This document shows positions 24,600-38,280 of a stretch of DNA of 59,965 nucleotides, in pieces. The DNA is from Octopus bimaculoides (taxonomy: Eukaryota), in the NCBI RefSeq assembly GCF_001194135.2, contig NC_069003.1:11596098-11656062 (forward strand). Direction: 5' to 3'. The position numbers and the translations under genes were made by a program. The notes under the pieces are model-generated. The model was given only the letters and a program-made list of their open reading frames with translations, did no database searches and was not told where the DNA came from. Position 1 is the stretch's first letter; each line of letters opens with the position of its first letter.

Positions 24600-24960
24600 C
24601 ATCTTTAACTAAACCCACCTGACTGAATGCCAGAGATTCCTTTACGAATACATCTCTATCCCACAAACCTGACATCTCCCGCCTCTGCCTGTTATGCTCC
24701 TACAATTTTACTTACTAATGCAAAAAACCACCTCCGCCTTGGCCAACCCATCACCCACATCATTGCTATTCCCTCTCATCACCCATAATACCCTTCCATG
24801 ACTTGCACTAACCACTGTTCCCAATTGGTGCACCACACCTGGAACTCCCTTCTCATCTACATTTTTCCTGCTGGCGCGAAGATGTTCAAAGTAAACATCA
24901 ACTGTATCAGGTATGCCATCTCAACGGGTGGGGCAGCATAAATCATAGGGTCTTAAGCAC
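24600..24960 (+). mobile_element. Decayed CR1/L2/Jockey-type LINE ORF2 3' end
   Basis: Frame reading HHTWNSLLIYIFPAGAKMFKVNIN matches the WNSLP..IFP....FK..IN C-terminal motif. Confidence 0.5.
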
Positions 24961-25139
24961 CCTCCTGATTAAATCAGAAAAAACAATTTCCTTCATCTGG
25001 TTCCCGTCTGCCAGCAATTATTACTGCTCTAATATCAATTATATACATCAACACAGAAATATATCTTCAATATAATTGTTAGAAACAAGCTTTATATATA
25101 TTATAAAGCTAAGGTCTCTCTCTCACACACACATTGTTG

Positions 25140-25231
<92 letters not shown>

Positions 25232-26169
25232 ACATAAGAGGAATCCACTCATGGGATTCCTTATGCTAGGAAGAACAGCTAGGTTCTAGAGCCACAAAAT
25301 TAGGGATAAAATCCCAAAAGAAATGAAATGAAAAAATAAAAACTTTTACCATCTAGTTTCCTGGACCAATTGGTTTCTGACTTTAGTTTAGCAAATAAGT
25401 CTTTGGACTAAATTTTTATACGCTAGGCCACTGGAAGTGAAAATTTTTATTAATTTCCATTTCCCTTTGATATGATTAATATATATATATATAGATAGAT
25501 AGACAGATAGATATAATCACCATTTAGCATCCGTTTTCCAGGTTTGAAAGCTGGTCAGCTGGAGAGTTGTCCAGGGTCCATGTCTGTTTTTGCATGGTTT
25601 TTGTGATTGGATGCCCTTCCTAATGCCAACCACAGTACAGTGTACTGGGTGCTTTACACAGTACCAGCACAGATGCTTTTTATGTGGCACCAACACAGAT
25701 GTTATTTACATGGCGCTGGTACCCACGAGACCACAAGATTAGGAATGCTCAGCTGATATAAATGTATATACACGCACATACAGACAGACAGACAATCATG
25801 CAATGTTATTGCAGGCATGGCTCAGTGGTTAAGTTTGTTTCCCAACTTCATGGTTTTAGGTTCAGTCTACTGTGTGGGACTTAAGCCAAGTGCTTGTATT
25901 ACAGCTTCATGCTGAACAAAGTTATGTGAATGGATTTGGTGGATGGAAACTGAAAGAAGCCTTTTTTTCATACGGAGAGTACTGTGGAGGGAACCTGTGG
26001 AAGAGGTAGACCCAGGAAGACCTGTGATAAAGTGGTGAAGCATAATTTTCAGATGCCGAGTTTCATGGAGGAAATGACAAGTGTGTGTGTATACATATAT
26101 GTATAATAATATATCATAATATTTTATTTTCGAATTTGAAGCGACAATTTTTAAATACTAATAAATGAC

Positions 26170-26260
26170 TGAAAAATGATGAGCTAGCCCCAGCCAGAAT
26201 TGAACCCACGAATCAACGCTAACACGGGTCCTTGTGCATCTGATTGGGCCAAATACTCAC
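26170..26260 (-). mobile_element. tRNA-derived SINE-like head
   Basis: Minus strand contains ...gtgggttcaattctggctggggctagc (B-box-like) without a full cloverleaf. Confidence 0.4.
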
Positions 26261-26860
26261 CCATCAATTTCATCCAAATTTAGTTAATATATACTTAAAC
26301 TGTCTAATACTACATGTAATATTTGTAAACAAACATACATACATAGATACACACACACACACACACATATACTGAGTGTCATGTGATGCAAGCAGTGTCC
26401 TGCATTTCCAATCTTCTATGAAAACATGTCTGGTCATGGAGAAATATTATCTTACTTAGAAACAGGTGAGAGCATCTAGTTGTAGAAAAATCTGCCTCAC
26501 CAAATTCTGTCCAACCCATGCAAGCATAGAATTGTAGACATTAAAAAACAATGATGAGAGATGACATTTTCTGCCAGCATTAACTAACCACATATTTTCT
26601 GCTTGTATCTATTAACCTTTATATCGTTTTGCCTTCATGCATCTCACTTCTATCTATACTTTTACTTGTTTCAGTCATTAGACTGTGGCCTTGCTGGGGC
26701 ACCACCTTAAATAATTTCAGTTGAATGAATCAACACCATTTTATAAGCCTGGTACTTATTCTATTGGTCTTTTGCTGAACTGCTAAGTTAAGGGGACATA
26801 AACTGCTAAGTTATGGGGAACAAATACACACACACATATATATACGACGGGCTTCTTTCA

Positions 26861-27084
26861 GTTTCTTATTTCTTTATTGCCCACAAGGGGCCAAACACAG
26901 AGGGGACAGACAAAGGGATTAAGTCGATTACATCGACCCCAGTGCGTAACTGGTACTTAATTTATCAACCCCGAAAGGATGAAAGGTAAAGTCGACCTCG
27001 GAGGAATTTGAACTCAGAACGTAGTGGCAGACGAAATACCGCTAAGCATTTCGCCCGGCGTGCTAATGTTTCTGTCAGCTCGCC
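26861..27084 (-). mobile_element. SINE family B, full length, nested in a family A copy
   Basis: It interrupts ...gggcttctttcagtt|...|cttctttcagtttctatctacc of family A. Confidence 0.8.
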
Positions 27085-27754
27085 AGCTTTCTTTCAGAAA
27101 GAAGCTCGTGGCTTCTTTCAGTTTCTATCTACCAAATCCATTCACAAAGCTTTAGTTGGCCCAAGATTATAGTAGAAGACATCTGCCCAAGGTGCCACGG
27201 AGTGGTACTGAAACCAGAACCATGTGGTTTGGAAGCAAGCTTCTTACCACACAGCCACTCCTTCAATAAACATAGGAAAGGTTAGCATTTCTCCAATAGT
27301 TTTAACACCCCCTTTTCCATGCTTGCATGGAGCAAATGGAATTTGTTGAGACAAATTTTCTACAGCTGGATGCCCTTCCTGTTGCCAACCCTCACTTGAA
27401 AATAAAGGACACCTTTTGTAAGAGGATGACATTTACATCTATAGGGTAATATCAAAACAAGGAGACACACAAACACACCACATGGACATCTGTGTTACTC
27501 TCTGCCAAATCCTTTCACAAGGCATTGGTCAGTTTACAGCTATTGTAAAAGACACTATCCGTGGTACCACACACAGTCCTGATGATGGTTGATGTGTAAA
27601 AATTGCAGACCTGTTCAACCCATTCAGTGTGACGGCAAAACGGAACATTCAAATAGTGTTGTTCAGCCCCAGATGTCCCTTGATTAAACAGACTTATGAG
27701 TGAAAAGGATTCCAGTTGTGACCATTGCTTCATTATGCATATATATCTATTTTT

Positions 27755-27946
27755 CTTTTACTTGTTTCAATCATTAGACTGCGGCCATGCTGGGGCACCA
27801 CCTTGAAGATTTTTAGTTGAATGAATCAACGCCAGGACTCATTTTTTAAAACCCTGTACTTATTCAGTAGTCTCTTTTGCCATACTGCTAGCTTAGAGGG
27901 ACATAAATATACCAACATTGGTTGTCAAGTGATGGTGGGGAACAAA

Positions 27947-27987
<41 letters not shown>

Positions 27988-28155
27988 ACATATATGACAG
28001 GCTTCTTTCAGTTTCAGTTTATCAAATCTACTCACAAGGCTTTGGTTGGCCCAAGGCTTCAGTAGAAGACACTTGCCCCAGGTGCCATGCAGCGGGAATG
28101 AACCTGGAACTATGTGGTTGAGAAGCAAGCTTCCTACCACACAACGATGCCTATA
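27755..28155 (-). mobile_element. SINE family A, full length
   Basis: Matches the 28724 copy in reverse complement. Confidence 0.8.
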
Positions 28156-28460
28156 TATACATATATGTGTGTGTGTGTGTATGTTCTGTATTTAAGATGT
28201 GGGATGTGATTTGATGGCGTCATAGCTGTTATTTCTAGGAGTCCAAATGACCATGTAGTGGTGGTGGTGGTAGTAGTGACAGTGTTGGTGTTAATAGTGA
28301 TGGCAGTTGGTGTGGTGGCAGTGGCAGCAATGATAGTATCAGAGGTTTTGATTTATGACCTTTCTGGGTAGGAACCAGCATCACAGGATGTAAACAACCT
28401 CATCCTGCAACTAAAATCTTTTAAATAATCTTCTCCCTCCTTCCATAGTTATAAATATAA

Positions 28461-28495
<35 letters not shown>

Positions 28496-28723
28496 CTTCT
28501 CTACTATGAAGGAGGACACAGCCCAGACAAGACATGTGGCCAATATCAGCATCATCCATCTGATGTCTAATATAAACTCACAACTAAAAAAAGAAAAATG
28601 AACTTGTTGATCACACGGATCTTCCATTTTTCTTTTATTTCTCTTCCATTTTTGGGAAGATCTTCATGTTTATATTAGCAAAAAATCATCATCATCATCA
28701 TCATTATTATTATTAAACAGCAA

Positions 28724-29095
28724 GGCGCAGGAGTGGCTGTGTGGTAAATAGCTTGCCTACCAACTACATGGTTCCAGGTTCAGTCCCACTGCGTGGCACC
28801 TTGGGCAAACCAAAGCCTTGTGAGTGGATTTGGTAGACGTAAACTGAAAGAAGCCCGTCGTATATATGTATATATATATGTATGTGTGTTTGCGTGTCTG
28901 TGTTTGTCCCCCCCACCATCACTTGACAACCGATGCTGGTGTGTATACGTCCCCGTAACTTAGCGGTTCAGCAAAAAGAGAATGTTAGAATAAGTATTAG
29001 GCTCACAAAGAATAAGCCTTGGGGTTGATTTTCTCGACTAAAGGCAGTGCTCTAGCATGGCCGCAGTCAAATGACTGAAACGAGTAAAAGAGTAA
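28724..29095 (+). mobile_element. SINE family A reference copy (ggcgcaggagtggctgtgtgg...gagtaaaagagtaag)
   Basis: More than 20 full or partial copies occur in the window; B-box-like ggttcagtccc, CORE-like ggcaccttgggcaa, internal (TA/TG)n and a short tandem tail. Confidence 0.85.
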
Positions 29096-30001
29096 GTTGG
29101 TAGAGTTGTTACTGTTCTGGACAAATGCTTAGTGGCATTTCAGTGTTTGATGTTGCTCCTTTCATACTCTCAGGGTGGTTAAAATAAGTACCACTTGGGG
29201 TTGATGTTATCCTCAAAATTTCAGGCCTAGTGTCCCATACAGAACTGCTGGCCTTGTGCCAAAATTTGAAACCATTTGCCGAGGTTGACTTTGCTTTTCA
29301 TCCAGTTGCATACTGGGGGTGTTGCAATTGACTTAGCTCCTCTTCCAAAATTACTGGCCTTGTGCCAAAATTTGAAACCATTATTAATATAATTTCTCTG
29401 ATTAAGGTGGCAAGCTGTCAAAATCGTTAGCATGCGGGGCAAAATGCTTAGCGACATTTCATCTGTATTTAGTTATGAGTTTAAATTCCCCTGTGGTCGA
29501 CTTTGCCTTTCATCCTTTTGGGGTCGATAAAATAGGTACTATTTGAACACTGGGGTCGATGTAATTGACTTGTCCACCCTCCCCTCCTGAAATTGCTGGC
29601 CTTGTGCCAAAATTTGAAACCATTATTATTTCTTTTATTTATTATCCCAGCAAATGTAGAAATATCAGAGAAGAATAATCATACAAGCTGCTGGGATAGA
29701 AGCTATTTTGATGCAATTCATAATTGTGTGTGTGTTCCCAATCCTGTGGCTTGGGGTTCACTCCCACTATGCAGCACCTTAGTCAAGCATCTTCTAATAT
29801 AGCTCTAAGCCAGCTAAAGCCCTGTGAATGCATTTTGTAGATGGAAACTGACAGAAGGCATGTAAGATATGTAACAAATTGTAACACAAAAACTAAAATC
29901 CATCAACCACTCAATGGCTGACAAATATATTAAATTCTATAAAAATTGGAAAAGATGAGAGACCCACAAACAACAACATAGTGCCCTACTATATTGTAGA
30001 G

Positions 30002-30295
30002 CAGTGGTTCTCAACTGGGGTCCATGCAACCAAATAATAAATTGGGTATCATCATCATCATCGTTTAACGTCCGCTTTCCATGCTAGCATGGGTTGGACG
30101 ATTTGACTGAGGACTGGTGAAACCAGATGGCTACGTATCTACCATAGTATTTTAAGGGACCTGAAAAAGTTTTGCCTTAGATGTATGTTAATGCGAGAAA
30201 AACAAAATAGGGATTTTGAAAGATGTTTCTATAAAACTAGTTTTTAAACATCAGATGGCTATGGGGGGGGGGGGTCCACCAGAATAAAATAGTAG
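30002..30295. mobile_element. hAT (Charlie-like) MITE interrupted by a truncated family C SINE tail (about 30051-30134)
   Basis: Starts cagtggttctcaac and is homologous to 10708-11055; the insert is flanked by a gtatc direct repeat. Confidence 0.65.
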
Positions 30296-30299
30296 AGCC

Positions 30300-30890
30300 T
30301 TCTTGCAGAGGCAACCTGAATATTAAATGGTGGTTAATCTTGCAATCCTATTTTGTTCATAGGAGGTGTTTTGTTCTGTTGGTGCAGCTACACCAGGCCT
30401 GGTGGTCCTGTACCTGCATTTTCCAGGTGTTGGGGTCGATCGGAAAGCACTTCAGTGAGGCTTTGAATGAAATCTTTGGAGTACTTTTCCTGCCCACTTA
30501 GTGTCTGCTTGCCTTCTTCCAATTCAGTCTTTTGGGTAGTCATGTGTCAGACATTTGAACAAGATGGCCTGTCCACCTGTCCTGTGCTCTCCTCAGCTGT
30601 GTGTAAATGCTTGGCAGATCAACTCGAGAGAGGACCTCTATGTCTGGAACCTTGTCTTCCCGGTGATTTTTCAACAGCTTTCTCTGACAGTTCATGTGGA
30701 AGCAGTCTAGCTGTTTGGTGTGATATTCGTAAACTGTCCAAGTAGTGTAGGCAGTACCACTGCTTGGTTCACCTTCAACTTGGTGGCCAGCCAAATGATG
30801 AGCTTCCTTTTATGATGCTTGTGTTGACTTCATTATCAATGTTCACAGATTTGGAGAGTGTACTGCCAAGATATGAACTTACCAACAATC
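30300..30890 (-). pseudogene. RTE-BovB-type LINE ORF2 3' fragment, decayed
   Basis: TWTVYEYHTKQLDCFHMNCQRKLL...EDKVPDIEVLSRVDLPSIYTQLRRAQDRWTGHLVQMSDT, then ASLKCFPIDPNTW, matches the RTE C-terminal motif. Confidence 0.85.
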
Positions 30891-31830
30891 TTCCTATACC
30901 TATATATATATNNNNNNNNNNCATATATATATTGTAAATTTATAGGTTGTATAGATTGAAGACTTTCTACGTGTGCGCGCGTGTGATAGATTGTCTGTTT
31001 ACTCTAGAGATAATCTCTTACCACCCAGTTACCTAACGCTAATCCTGCCAACAGAACATATTGATCTAATTTTTGTTGATTTCTCAAAGCTTATCTTCAC
31101 CTTCTATCACAGGCAGTACTTTAACCAATGTTAGTGGTGGTGGTGGTGGTGGTAATGATAGTAGTGGTGGGGTAACAGTGGTAATGATGGTTGTATTGTT
31201 AAGGTAGCTAAGTAGCCTAAATACCTGATGAGTAATTAAAATCAACACTATTTCCTATAGCTTAGTTGTTGATACTGTTGCTAAAACTGTCCTCTTATCA
31301 CTGGGTGTGTGTGTGTGTATTGTGTACTAAACCACACATATTCTCTCTTCCCCCCTCTCCCCCCCTCTCTCTGATCTGTGTCACACACATGATAGTAGCA
31401 ACAGAATCTAAGTACGTTATAGCTATGATTAGAGATTTTAATGAGTATGACAAGAGCTGAGTTCAGTTCACCCAACCACCCAGCCTGATTTTTGATGTTG
31501 GCTTCAAGCCCATTTCACATTCATGTAGTTGTTGTTCCAAATGGTGTTGATGTTGTTGTTCAACCCTGCATCAGTTCTGGTTCACAGAACTTGCTATGAC
31601 CCAACACAGACTTATTGGCCATCCCATCCATTTTTTTTAGATACTGTGTATCTTGGTCTATATTATCTAGTCTTTTTCTCTTTTTAAAAGAAGCAAAGAT
31701 TAAAAATGTGACAGAATTTTATGTTTATTACTTAATTGTGATACCAGTTTTTTTAAAGTTTGCTCAACTTCATCAAAATTAATAGTTAATTCTGGGACAC
31801 CCTGTATATATATTCATGCGTGTGTGTGTG

Positions 31831-32043
31831 TTATTTCTTTATTGCCCACAAGGGGCTAAACATAGAGAGGACAAACAAGGGATTAAGTCGATTACATCGA
31901 CCCCAATGAGTAACTGGTACTTCATTTATTGACCCCGAAAGGATGAAAGGCTAAGTCGACCTCGGCGGAATTTGAACTCAGAACGTAACGGCAGACGAAA
32001 TACCGCTAAGCATTTCGCCCGGCGTGCTATCGCTTCTGCCAGC
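31831..32043 (-). mobile_element. SINE family B, young-looking copy
   Basis: Near-identical to 17921 and 26861; CpGs retained. Confidence 0.8.
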
Positions 32044-32473
32044 TGTGTGTGTGTGTGTGTGTTTGTATATATGTGTGTGTGTTTGTATATATGTGTGTGT
32101 GTGTGTGTTTGTATCCAGAGGAGTTGTTCAATCTATACAAAGAAATAGTTAAATTCCTGTTTGCATATCAACTATATAGATTTACATATATCCAGAGAAA
32201 TGTTGATTTCCAAGTTTGTTATTCTATGGAGCTGTTGCTATGCATATGGAAGATTCTAGCACACACACTCACACACATGCTCTTACGCACGCACACATAC
32301 ACACTCTCTCTCTCTCACAAATGTTTGTGATTGGACTTGATAGATGGAAGCTTCAAAAAGCCTATTGTGTGTGTCTCCTTTCTTTGATATTGCATGATAG
32401 TTGTAAACCAGTATCACATCATGCAAATAGGTGTTGTTTCCAGTCTTCTGTGAAAATATGTCTAGTCATAGAA

Positions 32474-32622
32474 CAGAGGTGGACTGAGAGTGTCAAGGGC
32501 CCTCGGACATAACTGCTTACTGGGCTCCTTACCATTGATAAGTTAACATGTAGAGTGCGGGTTCCTCAGAGCTCCAGGCCCTCGGGCAGTGCCCGATTGA
32601 CCTACAGCTCATTCTGCCCCTG
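32474..32622. mobile_element. Small hAT-like MITE nested in a family C SINE
   Basis: TIR cagaggtggactgag / ctcattctgcccctg; degenerate 8-bp TSD tcatagaa / tcatggat (6/8). Confidence 0.55.
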
Positions 32623-33004
32623 TCATGGATAAATATCACCTTGCTTGGAAACAGGTGAAGGTTGGCAACAAGAACAACATCAAGCCATAGAAAAGCCGCA
32701 TCAACTTATTCCATCCCATCCCTGCAAGCAATGAAGCAGGAACATTAAAATGATGACAATGATGGTATATTTGGACCATGACAAAAAAGAGTGTGACAGG
32801 AGATTATGATTAGAATTTTTAGTTGAGAAATGATCATTTTGAAATAATAGGTTTGTTTCTATGCCAGAGTCTGTTCTGAGACATGTTGGTACCAAAAAGG
32901 AAAAAAAAGGTGGGGTTAATTGAGGTCATAACTAATGTCAACTCTGATCAATGTAGCTTCTGATGGATAGACACTCTGGCCATGGTCATCTTGTCTTTAT
33001 CCTA

Positions 33005-33221
33005 CAAAGGGGTGCTGAAAAGTCCCTGGCTTTGGGTAAAAGAAATTACAGGAGGATCAGTTAATTATGATTTTATTTAATATATTCCCCTCTCACATTC
33101 ACACATTTATTGCAGTGGTCCTTCAGTTTTTCTAAGCCCTGTAAAAGAACTCGGAAGGTTGGGCCTCCAACCAGGCCTTTCATGATACTCTTAAAGCCAG
33201 GAAATTTTCAGCATACCCTTA
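33005..33221. mobile_element. mariner-type MITE with TA flanks
   Basis: TA|caaaggggtgctgaaaagtccctggcttt ... aaagccaggaaattttcagcataccctta|TA. Confidence 0.75.
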
Positions 33222-34149
33222 TACAAGGATGCCAGGACCACATTATCCAGCCTATTGTTTTTTCTAAGATGATGCAGTATGGTAGGGGGATTTGACTACT
33301 GTTTCTAATAAGACAATCAACCAAGTAGCAGTTCCCTCATTGCCTTGGTGTTCAGATGGTGGTGATGTGTGGGAAAACAGATGTTTCTAGCTATTTATGA
33401 TGATGATGGTGGTGGTGGTGGTGGTGGTAGTGGTGGTGGTTTGGGTAAGAAAAGCTGAGGAAAGGAAAATACAAACAGCAGACACACAAAGAATTTCCTT
33501 ATTCTATTGAGAAATGGCATTCAGTCTCTCGATCTCTTGGATGATAACATTTCCAAGCCGGTATCATATTCTTCCTCCAGGGTGTTTTAGTAACTGGCGC
33601 CTTCCTTCTTCTTTTTTTTGTTTTTGCACCACCCCTTTATTTCTCTCTCTCTCTCTCTCTCTCCCCCTTTCTCTTTCCCCCCTCATCATCTCTGCTCCAT
33701 CATCACCCACTCTTCACATCTTCCCTAAACTAACACTGAAAACAAAAACACCTTCCTTCCTCTATTGCACCACACACACACACACACAGACACACACGTG
33801 CACACCCAATGTATGCACACATATACATGCATGTATACACACACATGTACACACTGTACATACACATACATCTATGCACACACATTGTGTATACACTTGC
33901 ACAATGACAGCTGGAATTGTATATTGAAACAAATATCGTCACCATCAACACTATCACCACCTCCTCCACCACCACCACCATTCCTCCATTACAATGATCA
34001 TCCACCCATCAAAAATCTTGCTGAACCAACAGTTTTTCACTCAGTTGCTACCCTTCCCCCTAAGATTTGGGATTCCATTTCACTTGTTCCAGATTCCTTA
34101 AACTCCAGCTTCGATGGAACATAACTTTGCACTTACTCTAACACATCAT

Positions 34150-34203
<54 letters not shown>

Positions 34204-34509
34204 CACTTCTGTCTCTTTCTCTCATTCCCCCCCTTTTCTTTCTCCTTCCTTCTCTCTTTTTCTTCCCCTTCTTTCTCTCCGTTCTTCAGATTTATGAGAA
34301 TTCACCTCATAATTACTAAAAATTTGTATTAGCCCTAATAACAGAGCTACATTAACCCTTTAGCATTTAGATTACTCTGTCAAATGTAATTTTTATTTAT
34401 TCATGTTGTTTTCTTGTAATGTCAAAGATATTGATGATGTGATTGTTAATTTTTAGAATGACATTGTAAAATAGGTGTGAAAGGCTGGATCTGGCTGCTT
34501 TAAAACATT

Positions 34510-34895
34510 TGTTGTTGGCACTCTGTCGCTTACGACGTCGAGGGTTCCAATTGATCCGATCAACGGAACAGCCTGCTCGTGAAATTAACGTGCAAGTGGC
34601 TGAGCACTCCACAGACACGTGTACCTTTAACGTAGTTCTCGGGGATATTCAGCGTGACACAGTGTGATAAGGCTGACCCTTTGAATTACAGGCACAACAG
34701 AAACAGGAAGTAAGAGTGAGAGAAAGTTGTGGTCGAAGAGTACAGCAGGGTTCGCCACCATCCCCTGCTGGAGCCTCGTGGAGCTTTAGGTATTTTCGCT
34801 CAATAAACACTCACAACGCCCGGTCTGGGAATCGAAACCGCGATCCTATGACCGCGAGTCTGCTGCCCTAACCACTGGGCCATTGCGCCTCCACA
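34510..34895 (-). mobile_element. Full-length tRNA-derived SINE (Nin/Deu-type central domain) with an 11-bp TSD
   Basis: The minus-strand head ggcgcaatggcccagtggttagggcagc...gcggtttcgattccc has A and B boxes; TSD TTTAAAACATT at 34499-34509 and 34896-34906. The domain name is from recall. Confidence 0.85.
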
Positions 34896-34908
34896 TTTAA
34901 AACATTAA

Positions 34909-35129
34909 CCCTTTAGCATTTAAACTAGCCATATCTGACCAAAATATTCAGTCCTTCTTTATCTTCAAGTTGGCCAGATCCAGCATCTCACACTTCCCCT
35001 ATAATATTATTCTGAAAATAAGCAGCCATGTCATTGAAATCTCGAAGTTACAAAGTAATGCATGACTAATTCAAATCAATGTGAATAAACAAACATTACA
35101 TTTGACAGAAAAATCTGAATGCTTAAGGA
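34909..35129. mobile_element. piggyBac-like MITE nested at a TTAA inside another copy
   Basis: TTAA|ccctttagcattt...gaatgcttaagga|TTAA; the host copy resumes with cctgatagaatattt. Confidence 0.7.
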
Positions 35130-35649
35130 TTAACCTGATAGAATATTTTGACTGAACATCGTTGATTCATTACTCTGTCAAATTTACATTCAAATTGTTT
35201 TGAATTAATCATGGGTTGTCTTATAGTTTTGAGGTTTCAATTATGTAATAGGTTATTTTCAGAATGTCAGTGTAGGTTAAGTGTGAGAGGCTTGATATGG
35301 CTAGTTTGAAATATTAACCATGTAGAATATTTGGGCCAGACATGGCTGATTTGAATGATAAAGGGTCAAATGTTTTTGTGGTACTTAGTCCTTTTGCATT
35401 CAGAATTCAATCCTTGGTAGAATTAACTCAACCTTTTGTCCTTTTGGTTCAGTAAAATCAAGTCCCACCAGTAAAAACTTAGGGTCGGTATCATTGACTA
35501 TTCCCTACCCTAAAATCTTGAACCCAACTTACATTAGTGCCCCTTGTAGTCCACACACTTCTTCCATCAGTGTTGTTGTGCTTGGATGCAAATTGGTGAG
35601 GGAACTTTCATTCTATTGGTCAAAAAAGTCATCAACAGCAGATATGGCA

Positions 35650-36090
35650 TCATCATCGTCATCATCATCATCATTGCAATAATGGTTCCTAGTCAAGTGT
35701 TTTTGCAGGTTGGGGAACAATCATATACAGCAGCCATTGAAAGCAAGGGCTTGTGTGCTGAAGCATAGTCCTGATGAAACAAGACCCCTTTTATCAGTTT
35801 TCCTGGATGTTTGGTCTTGATAGCTTTTCATAACTGCCCCAGCAAGTTGGCATAGTACTCTTCATTGATGGAGTGGCCCTTTTGAAGATAGTCAATAAAC
35901 ACAATGCCTTTTGCATCCCCCAAAAGTTGAGGTCATCACCCTCTCTGCAGATGAAACAACCCTGGCTTTCTTTGGAGCAGGCGAGGAGGGGGTGTTACCA
36001 CTGCATGGATTGTCTCTGGTCCAAAGTGACCAACCCAACATTCATCCTGGATTAGGAGAAACTCAAGGAATCCAGCTGGATCTGCCATGG
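35650..36090 (-). pseudogene. mariner (DD34D-type) transposase remnant
   Basis: Across frameshifts the minus strand reads DECWVGHFGPET...KARVVSSAERVM...DAKGIVFIDYLQKGHSINEEYYANLLGQL*KAIKTKHPGKLIKGVLFHQDYASAH. Confidence 0.85.
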
Positions 36091-36832
36091 ACAATGTCAA
36101 ATACATGCACATACAGGTACACGTGTGTGTGCGCGCACACACATACACACACACATTGGCTTTCTTTCCACCAAATTTTGCTCACGAAATATTGGTTGAC
36201 CCAAGGAGGCTATAGTAGAAAGCAGTTGGCCCATGTTGTAACATAGTAGAATTGAACCCAGGATCACAAGGTTGCTAAATGAACTTAAGTGTGTGTGTGT
36301 GTGTATAGGAAGATGAAAACAAAATAAACATCATCACCCCACACAAACCAAACCAAACTAAAAACAGAAATAACAAGTCATGGCTGTCTAAAACTTTCAA
36401 TTGTATTTCAGTCAGTGTAGTTTTGTCTTTCTTTTTTTTTATATTTGTTTGTTCATTTGTTTGTCTTTTGTAGAATGTCCATCTTGAATCCACTTCACTT
36501 CTTTGGTCATTAACAGAAATTGTTGCTAAGTGGAATCAACAGGAAACTGGTGTTTATACATGAAAATGTGACTGGCATGTGGGGGNNNNNNNNNNNNNNN
36601 NNNNNNNNNNNNNNNNNNNNNNNNNNNNNNNNNNNNNNNNNNNNNNNNNNNNNNNNNNNNNNNNNNNNNNNNNNNNNNNNNNNNNNNNNNNNNNNNNNNN
36701 NNNNNNNNNNNNNNNNNNNNNNNNNNNNNNNNNNNNNNNNNNNNNNNNNNNNNNNNNNNNNNNNNNNNNNNNNNNNNNNNNNNNNNNNNNNNNNNNNNNN
36801 NNNNNNNNNNNNNNNNNNNNNNNNNNNNNNNN

Positions 36833-36884
<52 letters not shown>

Positions 36885-37701
36885 TGTGTATGTCTACACC
36901 ATAGATAGGGAAATTAGATAAAACTATAATATCCTGCAATATATATATATATATGTGTGTGTGTATATACATATCTATATTATTATTATTATTATTATTT
37001 TAAATGTGTGTCTGTATGTTTACAGTAAAGCAGCAGAAAGTTGTCCTAGATTTTCAATTATATTTTATGCTGACTGATGTAGTTGCAGAATCTCTAATTC
37101 TCTCTTTAATAACTTTCCTTCATTCATTTTCTTTCCATTTTTCCTTTATTATTATTATTATTATTATTATTATGGCAGCGAGCTAGCAGAATCATTAGCA
37201 TGCTGGGTAAAATGCTTAGCGGTATCTCGTCTGTCTTAACGTTCTAAGTTCAAATTCCTCCAAGGTTGACTTTGTTTTCCATCCTTTCTGGGTTGATAAA
37301 ATGAGTACAGGTTGAGTGCTGGGGTTGAGGTAATCAACTTACTCCTCTCCTCAAATTGCTGGCCTTGTGCTAAAATTTGAAACCAGCAGAATCATTAGCA
37401 CGCTGGACAAAATGCTTAGTGGTATTTCACCCGTCGCTATGTTCTGAGTTCAAACTCCGCTGAGGTTGGATTTACCTTTCATCCTTTCAGGGTCAATGAA
37501 ACAATTACCATTGAGACATTGGATTCATTTTATGGGTGCAGGAGTGACTGTGTGATAAGAAGGTTGCTTCCCAACCACATGGTTCCAGGTTCAGTTCCAC
37601 TGTGTGGCTCCTTGGGCAAACGTCTGCTACTATAGCCTTGGGCCAACCAAAGCCTTGTGAGTGGATTTGGTAGACGGAAACTGAAAGAAGCCTTTCGTGT
37701 A

Positions 37702-37778
<77 letters not shown>

Positions 37779-38206
37779 NNNNNNNNNNNNNNNNNNNNNN
37801 NNNNNNNNNNNNNNNNNNNNNNNNNNNNNNNNNNNNNNNNNNNNNNNNNNNNNNNNNNNNNNNNNNNNNNNNNNNNNNNNNNNNNNNNNNNNNNNNNNNN
37901 NNNNNNNNNNNNNNNNNNNNNNNNNNNNNNNNNNNNNNNNNNNNNNNNNNNNNNNNNNNNNNNNNNNNNNNNNNNNNNNNNNNNNNNNNNNNNNNNNNNN
38001 NNNNNNNNNNNNNNNNNNNNNNNNNNNNNNNNNNNNNNNNNNNNNNNNNNNNNNNNNNNNNNNNNNNNNNNNNNNNNNNNNNNNNNNNNNNNNNNNNNNN
38101 NNNNNNNNNNNNNNNNNNNNNNNNNNNNNNNNNNNNNNNNNNNNNNNNNNNNNNNNNNNNNNNNNNNNNNNNNNNNNNNNNNNNNNATTATTATTATTAC
38201 TATTAC

Positions 38207-38279
<73 letters not shown>

Positions 38280-38280
38280 T

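Noticed and set aside
25330-25430. Minus-strand GAAACCAATTGGTC, a palindromic helix III-like motif
   Set aside because: No CUGANGA core or helix I partner upstream.
27575-27640. CTGATGA followed by a ggttga/tcaacc stem
   Set aside because: No GAAA follows the stem, so it is not a hammerhead.
34820-34895. tRNA-like sequence (also at 20089 and 26170)
   Set aside because: It has A/B boxes but continues into a SINE body and lacks a proper acceptor stem; these are SINE heads, not tRNA genes.
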